From: Promethearchaeota archaeon
GTDB taxonomy: Archaea > Asgardarchaeota > Lokiarchaeia > Sigyniarchaeales > SOKP01
Length of the DNA: 64,000 bases
Direction: 5' to 3'
Assembly: GCA_048938895.1 (NCBI GenBank)
Contig: JBHLLU010000008.1
Coordinates: 1-64,000, forward strand
The position numbers were made by a program, and so were the translations under genes. The stretch's first letter is position 1. The number at the start of each line of letters is the position of its first letter. Below the pieces are notes generated by a model. It saw only the letters and a program-made list of their open reading frames with translations. It was not told the origin of the DNA and searched no databases. This document shows, one piece after another, positions 1 through 9,602 of the stretch.

Positions 1-783
1 ATGGCAGCAAGCTCATATGTTAGTATGGTTAATGCTCATTTTGAGGAATTTGGTAATCCTACTGAGGAACAAATGGCACTGGTTTCTGTTAAGAATCATG
101 GAAATGCAATAAATAATCCCAAAGCTCAATCCCCCATGAAAATCACGGTGGAAGATGTTATGAACTCAAGAATTATCTGCTACCCCTTCAAATTATTGGA
201 TTGTTGCCTTTATTCAGAGGCATCAGCTGCATTAATTTTAGCAAGCGAAACCAAAGTAAAAGAACTGAAAGTTGAGAATCCAATTTGGATAAGTGGAGTA
301 GGTGCTGCAAATACTGACTGTTTCATAGGAAATCGAGAAGATATGGGACGGTTATATTCTAACATTTATGCTGCAAGAGTTGCCTATAAAATGGCAGGAT
401 TGGAATATGATAAGATTAAAAGTCAAATTGATTTAGCAGAATTACATGATGCATTTTCTGGACAGGAAGTAATATCCTATGAAGAATTAGGTTTTGTTCC
501 TTTTGGTGAAGGTGGTAATTGGATTGAAGTTGGAGGCCCATCAATGGATGGTGAATTACCATGTTGCCCTTCAGGAGGACTAATAGGATGTGGTCACGCG
601 GTTGGAGCCACTGGAATAATGTCTACAGGAGAAGCAGCGTTACAATTAAGAGAGAATGCAGGAAAACATCAGATAAAAACAATTGAGAATGGAAGGGCCA
701 TTTCTCATTCGATAGGAGGTCCTGGTGCTGCGTATGCAGCAGTAATTGTAATGGAAAATGAAGAGGGGATTAGTAAAAAATGA
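1..783 (+). CDS. Thiolase-family (SCP-x/Ltp2-like) protein, C-terminal part, truncated by window edge
   Basis: KNHxNAxxNP, ELHDAF and GHAVGATG motifs; immediately followed by a DUF35 gene. Confidence 0.85.
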   Translation: MAASSYVSMVNAHFEEFGNPTEEQMALVSVKNHGNAINNPKAQSPMKITVEDVMNSRIICYPFKLLDCCLYSEASAALILASETKVKELKVENPIWISGVGAANTDCFIGNREDMGRLYSNIYAARVAYKMAGLEYDKIKSQIDLAELHDAFSGQEVISYEELGFVPFGEGGNWIEVGGPSMDGELPCCPSGGLIGCGHAVGATGIMSTGEAALQLRENAGKHQIKTIENGRAISHSIGGPGAAYAAVIVMENEEGISKK

Positions 784-1274
784 ATAATGAATTTCAAGCA
801 CATGAAATACGGGATATTATCAAGATAAACTATAAATATACTATGGGGGGTCAATCTAGATTTTTCTTAGAACTGATGAATAATAAAAAGATATTAGGAA
901 CAAAATGTAAAAATTGCGGAAAGATATGGCTCCCTCCTCGGATAAGTTGTTCAGATTGTTATATGCCTACTGATTGGGTAGAAGTGAAACACACGGGAGT
1001 TATAGAAGTAAGTACAATTGTATGGTTTACCACTTCAGCATTCATTAAAAATATACCATATGCCACCGGTTATATCAGATTAGATGGAGCTGACACAGCA
1101 TTATTACAAGGAATTTTTTCTGAAAATTTAGTTCCTTCAAAGATTAAAAAGGGAAAACTCGTGAGAGCAGTATTTCAAAAGGAACGACAGGGTAAAATGA
1201 CAGATTTTTTCTTTGTTCCTAAAGATGAGTATAACAATTGGATAATTAAGCCAGAATTCGAAGGAGGAGATTAG
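780..1274 (+). CDS. Zn-ribbon/OB-fold (DUF35/ChsH2-like) thiolase partner
   Basis: GTKCKNCGKIWLPPRISCSDC rubredoxin-like ribbon followed by OB fold; 4-nt overlap with the thiolase gene. Confidence 0.85.
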   Translation: MNNEFQAHEIRDIIKINYKYTMGGQSRFFLELMNNKKILGTKCKNCGKIWLPPRISCSDCYMPTDWVEVKHTGVIEVSTIVWFTTSAFIKNIPYATGYIRLDGADTALLQGIFSENLVPSKIKKGKLVRAVFQKERQGKMTDFFFVPKDEYNNWIIKPEFEGGD

Positions 1275-1276
1275 GT

Positions 1277-1648
1277 TTGGGAGTTGCTTATGATAGTTTA
1301 ACAAAAACTATTGATAAAATGAACAATTCAGCTAAAGTTAAACAAATATTTGTAACAGATATTGGGGGAAAGCCCATTAATTGGGATATAACGTTTCAAT
1401 TCTATTTAGAGGGGGAAGAACCATTCCACTTGATAATAAAAGACCAGGAACTTAGTCTTTATTTAGGAATTGCACCCCGAGCAAATGTTGTAATGTCTGG
1501 AGATAATAATGCCATCGTAAAAATTTGTAAAGGTAAAGGAGATTTTACACATGCAATTTCACGTGAACAAATAACTGTAGAAAAAGGAAAAGTTATAGAT
1601 GTTATTCGCCTTACAAGAGCAATTTCAATCGTTTTAAAAACTAAATAA
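1277..1648 (+). CDS. SCP2 sterol/lipid-binding domain protein
   Basis: About 120 aa with SCP2-like pattern (FQFYLEGEEPFHLII...ANVVMSGD...ITVEKG); GGAGGA SD before TTG; in an operon with thiolase and DUF35. Confidence 0.7.
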   Translation: MGVAYDSLTKTIDKMNNSAKVKQIFVTDIGGKPINWDITFQFYLEGEEPFHLIIKDQELSLYLGIAPRANVVMSGDNNAIVKICKGKGDFTHAISREQITVEKGKVIDVIRLTRAISIVLKTK

Positions 1649-1807
1649 ACGATTTTTATTTTTATTCATTATAAAAACAATAAGAATCACAGTTTATGCT
1701 CAATGTAAAATATTTCCCTCAAATGGTTTCAGGTAAGTAGATATCTATCGAAAGAAGATAATTTATAGGTGTTTTTCTTATTTTACACTTCTTAATGTTT
1801 TAAATAC

Positions 1808-2812
1808 TTAACCTCGGTAATATTTCAATAATCCTTCTAAAATTTTAGGAGCATCATCTATTATACAATAATCGGCAGTTTTAAAAATAGGGGCGTTTGG
1901 ATCTTTATTGATTGCAACTATCGTTTTTGATTTTGTTATTCCAACAATATGTTGAATTGCTCCAGAAATTCCAAATGAGAGATATAAATCTGGAAAAATT
2001 GTTACACCACTTATGCCAATTTGTAAGTGTTCTGGCATCCAACCATCCATGATTGGACGTCTGGTTCCACCCACTTGTCCGTTTATGTTTTTTGCCAATT
2101 TGAAAATTTTATCAAAGTTTTCTTTACACATTAAACCATATCCTCCACCTATCACAAATTTCGCGTCTGAGAGTGTACTGGAAGGCTTATCTTTGCGGGT
2201 TGGATTTCCAATTATTTTAATCTTGAGCTTATTTAGATCAAAATTATATTGAACCTTTTCTCTTTCTATATCTGGTTTTTTTTGTCTATTTTTTTGAAAA
2301 GTACCAATAGTAACAGTACACATCTGGGGTCTTGTTTCTGGGCAAGTAATTTTCACTATTATATTCCCTAAATAAGCTGGTTTATCAGATATTAAAATGT
2401 TATTCTCTTCTTTCTTTAATTCTAAATTCAAAACATCACTTACTAAACCAGTACGACAACGGTATGCTAAACGTGCAGCTAATGCATTGCTTGCCTCTGT
2501 TGATGGAAATAAAAAGATTAATGGTTTATACTTTTTAATAAGATCAAAAATAAGATCTGTAAAAATTCTCTCATGATAATGTTTTAGATCACTATGACTT
2601 ATATATATGATTTTATCAATTCCATGCTCCTCAATTGTAGGAATATATTGTTCAGCATCAAGGGCAAGTAAAATTCCTACTAATCTTTGTCCTAAATTAT
2701 CAGCAATTTCTCTTGCTTTTCCTAATATCTCCAAAGAACAATCATGGACTCGCACATGATTTTTAATTTCTGTAAAAACCCATACATCCTTATATTCATT
2801 TAATTTACTCAA
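1808..2812 (-). CDS. etfA: Electron transfer flavoprotein alpha subunit
   Basis: QIGISGVTIFPDLY and GISGAIQHIVG, AINKDPNAPIF motifs. Confidence 0.93.
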   Translation of the reverse strand: MSKLNEYKDVWVFTEIKNHVRVHDCSLEILGKAREIADNLGQRLVGILLALDAEQYIPTIEEHGIDKIIYISHSDLKHYHERIFTDLIFDLIKKYKPLIFLFPSTEASNALAARLAYRCRTGLVSDVLNLELKKEENNILISDKPAYLGNIIVKITCPETRPQMCTVTIGTFQKNRQKKPDIEREKVQYNFDLNKLKIKIIGNPTRKDKPSSTLSDAKFVIGGGYGLMCKENFDKIFKLAKNINGQVGGTRRPIMDGWMPEHLQIGISGVTIFPDLYLSFGISGAIQHIVGITKSKTIVAINKDPNAPIFKTADYCIIDDAPKILEGLLKYYRG

Positions 2813-2820
2813 ATTTTACG

Positions 2821-3642
2821 CTACCCTTCTATTTTTTTTTGACCAGAATAGACATTATTTATTCCATTTGCTTTCATAATCTTAATTAATTTCTTTATCT
2901 TTTCATTTACAGAGCCTTCTAAGATCATATTTTTCCTTTTTATCTTTACTTTCTCAATATCAACAATTCTTGTAGGAGATTTATTACTGCCATCAATATA
3001 TTTCGGAAAATTGAATGTTTTAAAATTAAAGATTTGAATTTTCTTTTCAAAGGCTTTTTTAATTCCCGATAATGATACATATCGAGGATTATTAAAATGT
3101 CTTACAGTTCTTAATAAAACAGGTAATTCTACTTCAATATTTTGTGATTCATGTCCAAAACTGCGATGACATTTAATGATATGATTCTCAATTTCCAATG
3201 TAAAAATATCTGTAATTAATGGGATTTCAAGTGCTTCTGATAACTGAAAAGGAACTTGTCCAGTACTAGAATCAGAGGTTTGACAACCACATATAATAAT
3301 ATCATAATCTTTAATTATTTCAATGGCTTCTTTCAAAATCAATGTTGTTTGAAGAGTATCTGAATATGCGAATCTCGGATCACTTATTAAAATCGCATGA
3401 TCAGTACCCATTGCTAAACCCTCTCTTAAAGCAAATTCAGCCTGAGGAGGACCCATAGTTATTATGAAAACGGTTGCATTATACTTTTCTTTTAAATTAA
3501 GCCCTAGTTCAATTGAGTAAAGATCATTTGGATTAATTATATTCTCAATACCATCTCTTACTATTGTACCTGTAGATTTATCTATTTCTAAACTGTTATA
3601 ACTGGGTACTTGTTTTATTAATACAACTATCTTTAGTGTCAT
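2821..3642 (-). CDS. etfB: Electron transfer flavoprotein beta subunit
   Basis: IVVLIKQVP, TMGPPQA, DTLQT and DSSTGQV motifs. Confidence 0.93.
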   Translation of the reverse strand: MTLKIVVLIKQVPSYNSLEIDKSTGTIVRDGIENIINPNDLYSIELGLNLKEKYNATVFIITMGPPQAEFALREGLAMGTDHAILISDPRFAYSDTLQTTLILKEAIEIIKDYDIIICGCQTSDSSTGQVPFQLSEALEIPLITDIFTLEIENHIIKCHRSFGHESQNIEVELPVLLRTVRHFNNPRYVSLSGIKKAFEKKIQIFNFKTFNFPKYIDGSNKSPTRIVDIEKVKIKRKNMILEGSVNEKIKKLIKIMKANGINNVYSGQKKIEG

Positions 3643-3643
3643 T

Positions 3644-4792
3644 TTAAATATTTCCTCTTAAAATTTGATTAGCAATAATTAATTTCATAATTTCTGAAGT
3701 ACCTTCATAAATTTCACATGCTTTAGCATCTCTATAGTAACGTTCAATGGGCAAGTCCTTCATATAACCATACCCTCCATGAATTTGAAGAGCTTCTTGC
3801 GAAACTTGACGAGCAACTTTACTTGCAAAAAGTTTACACATAGCTGCCTCTTTAGGAAAACTCTTGTTTCGCTCACTCATATGACCTGCTCTATATACCA
3901 ATAATCTTGCAGCTTCAATCTTGGTAGCCATTTCAGCTAATTTAAATGAAATCCCTTGAAATTGAGATATTGGCTTTTTAAATTGAATTCTACCATTCGA
4001 ATATTTTACACTATGTTCATAAGCCGCTTGAGCGATACCTAATGCTTGAGCTGCGATACCGATTCTACCAAAATTTAATATTTGCATTGCATATTTATAA
4101 CCATTTTGCAGTTTGCCTAAGACATTTTCTTTTGGAACACGCACATTATTGAAATACAGACTCCTCGTCGGATTTCCTCTCATTCCCAACTTATTTTCTT
4201 TTGGACCAATTTCACACCCTATCATATCTTTTTCAACTATAACTAGAGTGAAACCCTTTTGTCTATCAATAGTTTGGTATCGCGTTCCTACTAGAAATAC
4301 AGATGCAATGGCGCCATTTGTAACAAAAATTTTAGATCCATTCAAAACAAAGTCTTTTCCGTTCTCTACTGCCATACACTCAATACTGCTAGCATCTGAA
4401 CCTGCATTCGGTTCAGTCCAGCTAAATCCTGCAATTTTTTTTCCAGATGCTAAATCATTAAGAAATCTCTCCTTTTGTTCCTCATTACCCCACTTATTTA
4501 TGGGTATTGCTCCAAGAGCATTATGAACAGACACAGTAAGAGCAGTAGAAGCACATATTCTTGAAATTTCTTCTATACTGATTAAATAATTAATAAAATC
4601 TAATTCAGCACCTCCATATTCTTCGGGGATTGTTATTCCCCATAAATTCATCATAGAAATCTCTTTTATAATTTCTGGATAAAATTCCTCTTCTCTATCC
4701 ATAATAGGTGCGAGAGGAGCTAATATTTTTTCAGCAAATCTCCTAACACTGCGTCTTACTAATTTATGTTTTTCTTCAAGTTCAAAATTCAT
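3644..4792 (-). CDS. Short/branched-chain acyl-CoA dehydrogenase (Bcd-like)
   Basis: TEPNAGSD, LNGSKIFVTNG, QIHGGYGY and EIYEGTSEI motifs; bcd-etfB-etfA gene order. Confidence 0.92.
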   Translation of the reverse strand: MNFELEEKHKLVRRSVRRFAEKILAPLAPIMDREEEFYPEIIKEISMMNLWGITIPEEYGGAELDFINYLISIEEISRICASTALTVSVHNALGAIPINKWGNEEQKERFLNDLASGKKIAGFSWTEPNAGSDASSIECMAVENGKDFVLNGSKIFVTNGAIASVFLVGTRYQTIDRQKGFTLVIVEKDMIGCEIGPKENKLGMRGNPTRSLYFNNVRVPKENVLGKLQNGYKYAMQILNFGRIGIAAQALGIAQAAYEHSVKYSNGRIQFKKPISQFQGISFKLAEMATKIEAARLLVYRAGHMSERNKSFPKEAAMCKLFASKVARQVSQEALQIHGGYGYMKDLPIERYYRDAKACEIYEGTSEIMKLIIANQILRGNI

Positions 4793-4882
4793 ATTAATCC
4801 TACATTTTTTAATTAATTTTTAAAGACAATCTTAGTCCTATTCAAATTTCTATATTTCATACAAATTAATCTCATCAGGGAA

Positions 4883-6505
4883 TCACCACTTAGTTTCTCT
4901 TTTCAATAATTTAAAAATATACGAATCAACAAGTGCTTCCCATGATGCTACAATGATATTCTCATGTGTTCCAATTGTACCCCATGATTTTCCGTTATCA
5001 TTCGTTTCAACTAATACTCTCACTTTTGAGGCAGTTCCTGCTTTATTAATTATTCTGACTTTAAAATCAGAAAGATTTATTTCTTTTAAACTTGGATAAA
5101 AATGAACTAATGCCTTTTTAAGAGCATTATCTAGCGCATTTACAGGACCATTTCCCTCAGCAGCCGTATGATATTCTTGACCTTTAACTTTTACTTTAAT
5201 CGTTGCTTCAGATATTAAATTTTTTTTACGCATATCAGTAAGTACTCGAAATCCTTCTAATTCAAAAAATTTCTTTCTATAATAATCCGGATCTTGAATG
5301 TTCATATCCATACTTCTCATAATAATTTCTAAAGAAGCTTCTGCACCTTCATAAACATATCCTTCATTCTCTTTTTGTTTGATCACTTCTAAAATCTCAG
5401 CAATTTTTGGATTCACTTCCGTTAAATGCATGCCAAATCTTTTGGACATGTGTAATATTGAACTTTTACCCGCTAATTCAGAAATTCTTATATTTCGAGA
5501 GTTTCCTACCAATTCGGGATTTATTTGTTCATAAGTTTTTGAATTTTTACGCATAGCTGAGATATGGACACCTCCTTTATGCGAAAATGCATTTCTTCCT
5601 ACAAAAGGTTGATCACTATTTCTAGGCAAATTGGTCATTTCGTAAATAAAGTGCGAAACTTCAGAGATATTTTCTAAATCTTCAAAAGATATGCAATTAA
5701 TTCCCATTTTTAATTTCAGAATTGGTAAAATTGTTGTTAAATCTGTATTACCACATCTTTCACCAAAACTATTTATCGTTCCTTGAATCATTCTAGCACC
5801 ATGGTGAAAAGCCTCTAAAGCAATAGCATTTGCCACACCAGAATCGTTATGGGCATGAATTCCTAAATGAACATCCTTTCCTAGAAAATCTTTTACCTTA
5901 TCAAATATTGGGCCTAATTCGTGTGGTAAGAGGCCGCCATTAGTATCACATAGAACAATCCATGACGCACCTGCATTATATGCGCACAAAATTGTTTGTA
6001 AAGCATATTGTTTATTGTTTTTAAATCCATCGAAAAAGTGCTCAGCATCATATACAACATCAATTCCATTTTTCTTTAAAAAGATAATTGTATCTCTAAT
6101 CATGTTAAGATTTTCTTTTAAACTAGTCTCTAAGGCGACCTTAACATGCAAATCCCAGCTCTTACCAAAAATTGCAGCATGTTTTGTGCCAACCGCTAAT
6201 AATGCTCTTAAGTTTCTGTCATCTTCAGTCTTAATATCCTTACGTCTAGTGCTCCCAAAAGCATAAAGCTTAGTCCCATTTGAATTTATATCCATTGTGT
6301 TAATTTTATTATAAAACATAATATCTTTTGGATTGGAACCAGGCCACCCAACTTCAATCATAGGAATGTGAAGATCGTTAATTAAGCGTTTGAGAATATG
6401 AATTTTATCCTCGACTGATAAACTAATTCCTGTTTTTTGACTTCCCTCCCGAAGGGTTGTATCATATATATACACTTTATTATCTGTGGTCAATGCCTTT
6501 TTCAC
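4883..6505 (-). CDS. cimA: Citramalate synthase (LeuA/CimA family with C-terminal regulatory domain)
   Basis: DTTLREG, FGKSWDLHV, DAEHFFDG, GIHAHND, GERCGN, HKGGVH motifs typical of the bacterial-type CimA clade. Confidence 0.88.
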   Translation of the reverse strand: MKKALTTDNKVYIYDTTLREGSQKTGISLSVEDKIHILKRLINDLHIPMIEVGWPGSNPKDIMFYNKINTMDINSNGTKLYAFGSTRRKDIKTEDDRNLRALLAVGTKHAAIFGKSWDLHVKVALETSLKENLNMIRDTIIFLKKNGIDVVYDAEHFFDGFKNNKQYALQTILCAYNAGASWIVLCDTNGGLLPHELGPIFDKVKDFLGKDVHLGIHAHNDSGVANAIALEAFHHGARMIQGTINSFGERCGNTDLTTILPILKLKMGINCISFEDLENISEVSHFIYEMTNLPRNSDQPFVGRNAFSHKGGVHISAMRKNSKTYEQINPELVGNSRNIRISELAGKSSILHMSKRFGMHLTEVNPKIAEILEVIKQKENEGYVYEGAEASLEIIMRSMDMNIQDPDYYRKKFFELEGFRVLTDMRKKNLISEATIKVKVKGQEYHTAAEGNGPVNALDNALKKALVHFYPSLKEINLSDFKVRIINKAGTASKVRVLVETNDNGKSWGTIGTHENIIVASWEALVDSYIFKLLKRETKW

Positions 6506-6559
6506 TGATGAATTTTTACCTTTTATTATTTATTTATAAACATTAAGAAATTCAAACCC

Positions 6560-6581
6560 AAAAAAGTCAAGATAAGATGAC
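6560..6581 (-). terminator. Candidate attenuator terminator (GUCA-8 nt-UGAC stem followed by U6) in the cimA leader
   Basis: Minus strand reads gtcatcttatcttgactttttt, between the leader ORF stop and the cimA start; stem is short and weak. Confidence 0.35.
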
Positions 6582-6595
6582 AAGAAAGAGTTTAA

Positions 6596-6613
6596 AATTT
6601 CATTAATGAAATT
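6596..6613. promoter_or_regulatory. Perfect 18-bp palindrome AATTTCATTAATGAAATT overlapping the leader-peptide stop codon
   Basis: Read directly; could be an RNA hairpin or a DNA operator. Confidence 0.45.
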
Positions 6614-6677
6614 AAATAATTCCGATAATAATTAATAAAATAGTAATACCTACAATCGGAATTAATACTAATCTCAT
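6612..6677 (-). CDS. Putative Ile/Leu/Val-rich leader peptide of cimA, MRLVLIPIVGITILLIIIGII (21 aa)
   Basis: Hand translation, ATG to TAA; 9 Ile, 4 Leu, 2 Val; ends 106 nt upstream of cimA on the same strand; 10-bp inverted repeat inside. Confidence 0.7.
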   Translation of the reverse strand: MRLVLIPIVGITILLIIIGII

Positions 6678-6700
6678 AATTTAAATAAAAGAAAAAGATC

Positions 6701-6716
6701 ATTTAAAATCTTTATT
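6701..6716 (-). promoter_or_regulatory. Candidate BRE/TATA promoter of the cimA leader (leaderless transcript)
   Basis: Minus strand caataaaga-TTTTAAAT ends about 24 nt before the leader ATG, typical archaeal spacing. Confidence 0.45.
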
Positions 6717-6753
6717 GTTGGTAGTATATAATTGAAGCAAAATTCTAAAAGTT

Positions 6754-6903
6754 GGAGATAATAACGCAATCATAAAGATTTGTAATGGCAAAGAAGATTT
6801 TACCAATGAAATCAGTCGAGATGAGATTATGGTTGAAAAGAGCAAAGTTATAAATGTCATAAGATTAACAAGAGCAATCACCATAGTTTTAAAAAATGAA
6901 TAG
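6754..6903 (+). pseudogene. 3' fragment of an SCP2-domain gene (third copy)
   Basis: Translates GDNNAIIKICNGKEDFTNEISRDEIMVEKSKVINVIRLTRAITIVLKNE*, homologous to the C-termini of 1277..1648 and 15208..15537; in-frame TGA upstream and no start codon. Confidence 0.85.
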
Positions 6904-6904
6904 C

Positions 6905-7195
6905 TTATCTAGGGTAATCATTTTTAGATCCCATTAGAGTGGTTGTTTCTTCGATCCATTGAGATAAATCGTTATCAACTCTACAAAAGGTAACAATTTT
7001 GTCTAAATCTTTTAGTTTACTAAATGAACATTCCACGATCACATCCCATCCTCCATAAATGGGAGTAGCATACGTTATTTTCCAATCATTTTCTGATTCT
7101 ATTGAGTGTAAATCCTTTAGTTTCTCAACAACCTTCCATTCTGATCCGATTACTTTTAATCGAATCAAGATATAGCCTCTATAATACATTTTCAT
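6905..7195 (-). CDS. Stand-alone Lrp/AsnC ligand-binding (RAM) domain protein
   Basis: GYILIRL...IYGGWDVIVE...IEETTTL pattern of the AsnC C-terminal domain, no HTH; GGAGG SD before ATG 7195. Confidence 0.65.
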   Translation of the reverse strand: MKMYYRGYILIRLKVIGSEWKVVEKLKDLHSIESENDWKITYATPIYGGWDVIVECSFSKLKDLDKIVTFCRVDNDLSQWIEETTTLMGSKNDYPR

Positions 7196-7226
7196 ATCCT
7201 CCATCTTTTATTTATTTGCTTTTTTA

Positions 7227-8519
7227 TTACCTATTTTCATATTTGATTATCTCTAAATGTGTTTTTTTTGTATCTTTTTCTAATGATTTAATATAATTTT
7301 TAACTTGAAATCCAATCTCGCTTTGTAAACCCCATATTGGGATAAACCCATAACTAAATTTTTGATTAAATGTACTGCTAGTTTCATATGTAGCTAAATT
7401 TAAATCATATAATCCATAAGGAGATTCTCTCGAAACAATGCTAACATTGCTTTTAAATAGTTTCACTTTCACATTTCCGGTTACTTTTAGATTTATAACA
7501 TTAATAAATGCTTCGAGTGCATCTCTTAACGGGTCAACCCATAAGCCTTCATAAGTTAATTCTGTCCACCTTTGATCTACTATTGCTTTAAATGAATTTT
7601 CATGCTTTGTACATACATATTTTTCAAGATCTTTATGTGCTTTAATCAAAATTAAAGCTGCAGGAACTTCATATACTTCTCTTGATTTTAATCCAATTGC
7701 TCGATCTTCCATGTGATTAACTCTTCCAATTCCATATTTACATCCAAGATTATGTAATTTTCTAATTAAATCTACACTATTTAACTTTTTGCCATTTAAA
7801 CCAATTGGTACTCCTTTTTCAAAATTTATTTGGATATACTCAACAGTATCAGGAGTATTTTCTGGTGTTGTTGTCCAAGCATAACAGTCTTCTGGGGTTT
7901 CAATTTCTGGATGTTCTAAGATATCACATTCGGCACTTCTTCCAAAAAGATTTTCATCGACACTATATTTTTGATTTTGCTTCTTAATTGGAATTCCGTG
8001 GTGTTGAGCATATTTAATTTCCTCATCTCTACCCATATTCCATTCTATTAAAGGTTGTAGTATTTCAATACTAGGAGCATGAGCTCTAATTGTAACATTA
8101 AACCGAATTTGATCATTACCCTTACCTGTACAACCATGAGCTATTACATCAATCTTTTCTTTTTGTGCTACTTTTATTGCTTCAATGGCTATTAAAGGTC
8201 TCCCTACTGCCGTACTTAGTGGATAAATTCCTTGATATAAACCATTTGCTTTAATAGTCGGAAATATATAATCATTTACAAACACTTCTTTTAAATCTAT
8301 ATTGTAATGTTTAATTACACCTAAATCGTATGCTTTTTCTTCAATTTCCTCAAATCTGGAAAGATCTGCAAATTGTTGGCCAAGATCGGCTGTAAATGTA
8401 TAAATTTCTGCTTTATATTTCTCTTGTAACCATGTTATCATACAGGAAGTATCCAAACCTCCAGAATACATTAATAATATTTTTTCATATTTTTCCTTTT
8501 TAGGGCCTAATTGATTCAT
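7227..8519 (-). CDS. argG: Argininosuccinate synthase
   Basis: YSGGLDTS, HGCTGKGNDQ, YSVDENL, KSREVYE motifs. Confidence 0.97.
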   Translation of the reverse strand: MNQLGPKKEKYEKILLMYSGGLDTSCMITWLQEKYKAEIYTFTADLGQQFADLSRFEEIEEKAYDLGVIKHYNIDLKEVFVNDYIFPTIKANGLYQGIYPLSTAVGRPLIAIEAIKVAQKEKIDVIAHGCTGKGNDQIRFNVTIRAHAPSIEILQPLIEWNMGRDEEIKYAQHHGIPIKKQNQKYSVDENLFGRSAECDILEHPEIETPEDCYAWTTTPENTPDTVEYIQINFEKGVPIGLNGKKLNSVDLIRKLHNLGCKYGIGRVNHMEDRAIGLKSREVYEVPAALILIKAHKDLEKYVCTKHENSFKAIVDQRWTELTYEGLWVDPLRDALEAFINVINLKVTGNVKVKLFKSNVSIVSRESPYGLYDLNLATYETSSTFNQKFSYGFIPIWGLQSEIGFQVKNYIKSLEKDTKKTHLEIIKYENR

Positions 8520-8554
8520 TAATCCCTCACATTTTCTAATTTTTAAATTCTGTT

Positions 8555-9598
8555 TTAAGCAGGGAATATAGGAATTGCTTTTAATCCTATATTCTCTTCT
8601 AAATTGAACATTAAATTCATATTTTGGACAGCTTGTCCTGCTGCACCCTTTATTAAATTATCAATTGCTCCAATAATTATTATCCTACCAACTCTTTCAT
8701 CTATACAAAACCCTATATCACAATAATTTGAACCTTTAACCCATCTCGTTTCAGGAAATACTTTTTTTCCCATCAGTCGAATGAAAAATTCTTTATAATA
8801 ATATTTGTCATAAATTTCTTTGATTTTGTTGTAATCATATGGTTTTTTGAGATTTCCATAGCAGGTACATAAAATCCCTCGATTCATGGGTGTTAGATGA
8901 GGTGTGAAAGTTACAGATATTTTATTTCCATTGAATTCACTTAATTGCTGCTCGATTTCTGGTGTATGTCGATGGGACACTACATTATAGGCTTTAATAG
9001 ATTCATTACATTCAGAAAAATGTGTTCCGATATCAAGAGATCGACCCGCTCCAGATACTCCTGATTTTGCATCAATAATTATATGTTCTTCTTTTAGAAT
9101 ACCTTCTTTAATAAGTGGTAGTAAACATAATAAAATACATGTTGGATAGCAGCCAGGATTTGCAATCAAGTTTGAACTGCTTATTTGTTCTCTCTTCCAT
9201 TCAGATAAACCGTAAACAGCTTTATTCAAAAGAGCTATATTATTATGTTTAATTTTGTACCATTCTTCATACTCTTCTGCATTCTTTAATCGAAAATCAG
9301 CACTAAGATCAATAACCTTGACATTTTTTAAAATGGAATCTGATAACAACTTAGAAGTAACTCCATGAGGCAATGCTAAAAATATAATATCAAGTTGTTT
9401 TATTATAGAATCAAGATTATTCTCATTGCATTTCATTTCACATATTTTGCTGAAATTAGCAAAAATAGAATCATAATTATGGTTGGTATGACTCCTTGAC
9501 GTTATTACATTAATCTTTACCTCAGGATGATGATATAAAATTCTTATTAATTCAGCTCCTACATATCCCGTTGCGCCCATTATTCCTGCTTTAATCAT
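8555..9598 (-). CDS. argC: N-acetyl-gamma-glutamyl-phosphate reductase
   Basis: GATGYVG, ANPGCYPT, SGVSGAGR, DNLIKGAAGQA motifs. Confidence 0.97.
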   Translation of the reverse strand: MIKAGIMGATGYVGAELIRILYHHPEVKINVITSRSHTNHNYDSIFANFSKICEMKCNENNLDSIIKQLDIIFLALPHGVTSKLLSDSILKNVKVIDLSADFRLKNAEEYEEWYKIKHNNIALLNKAVYGLSEWKREQISSSNLIANPGCYPTCILLCLLPLIKEGILKEEHIIIDAKSGVSGAGRSLDIGTHFSECNESIKAYNVVSHRHTPEIEQQLSEFNGNKISVTFTPHLTPMNRGILCTCYGNLKKPYDYNKIKEIYDKYYYKEFFIRLMGKKVFPETRWVKGSNYCDIGFCIDERVGRIIIIGAIDNLIKGAAGQAVQNMNLMFNLEENIGLKAIPIFPA

Positions 9599-9602
9599 CT
9601 CT

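Noticed and set aside
6699-6884. 61-aa hydrophobic minus-strand ORF upstream of the cimA leader
   Set aside because: It is the antisense of the SCP2 3' fragment on the + strand.
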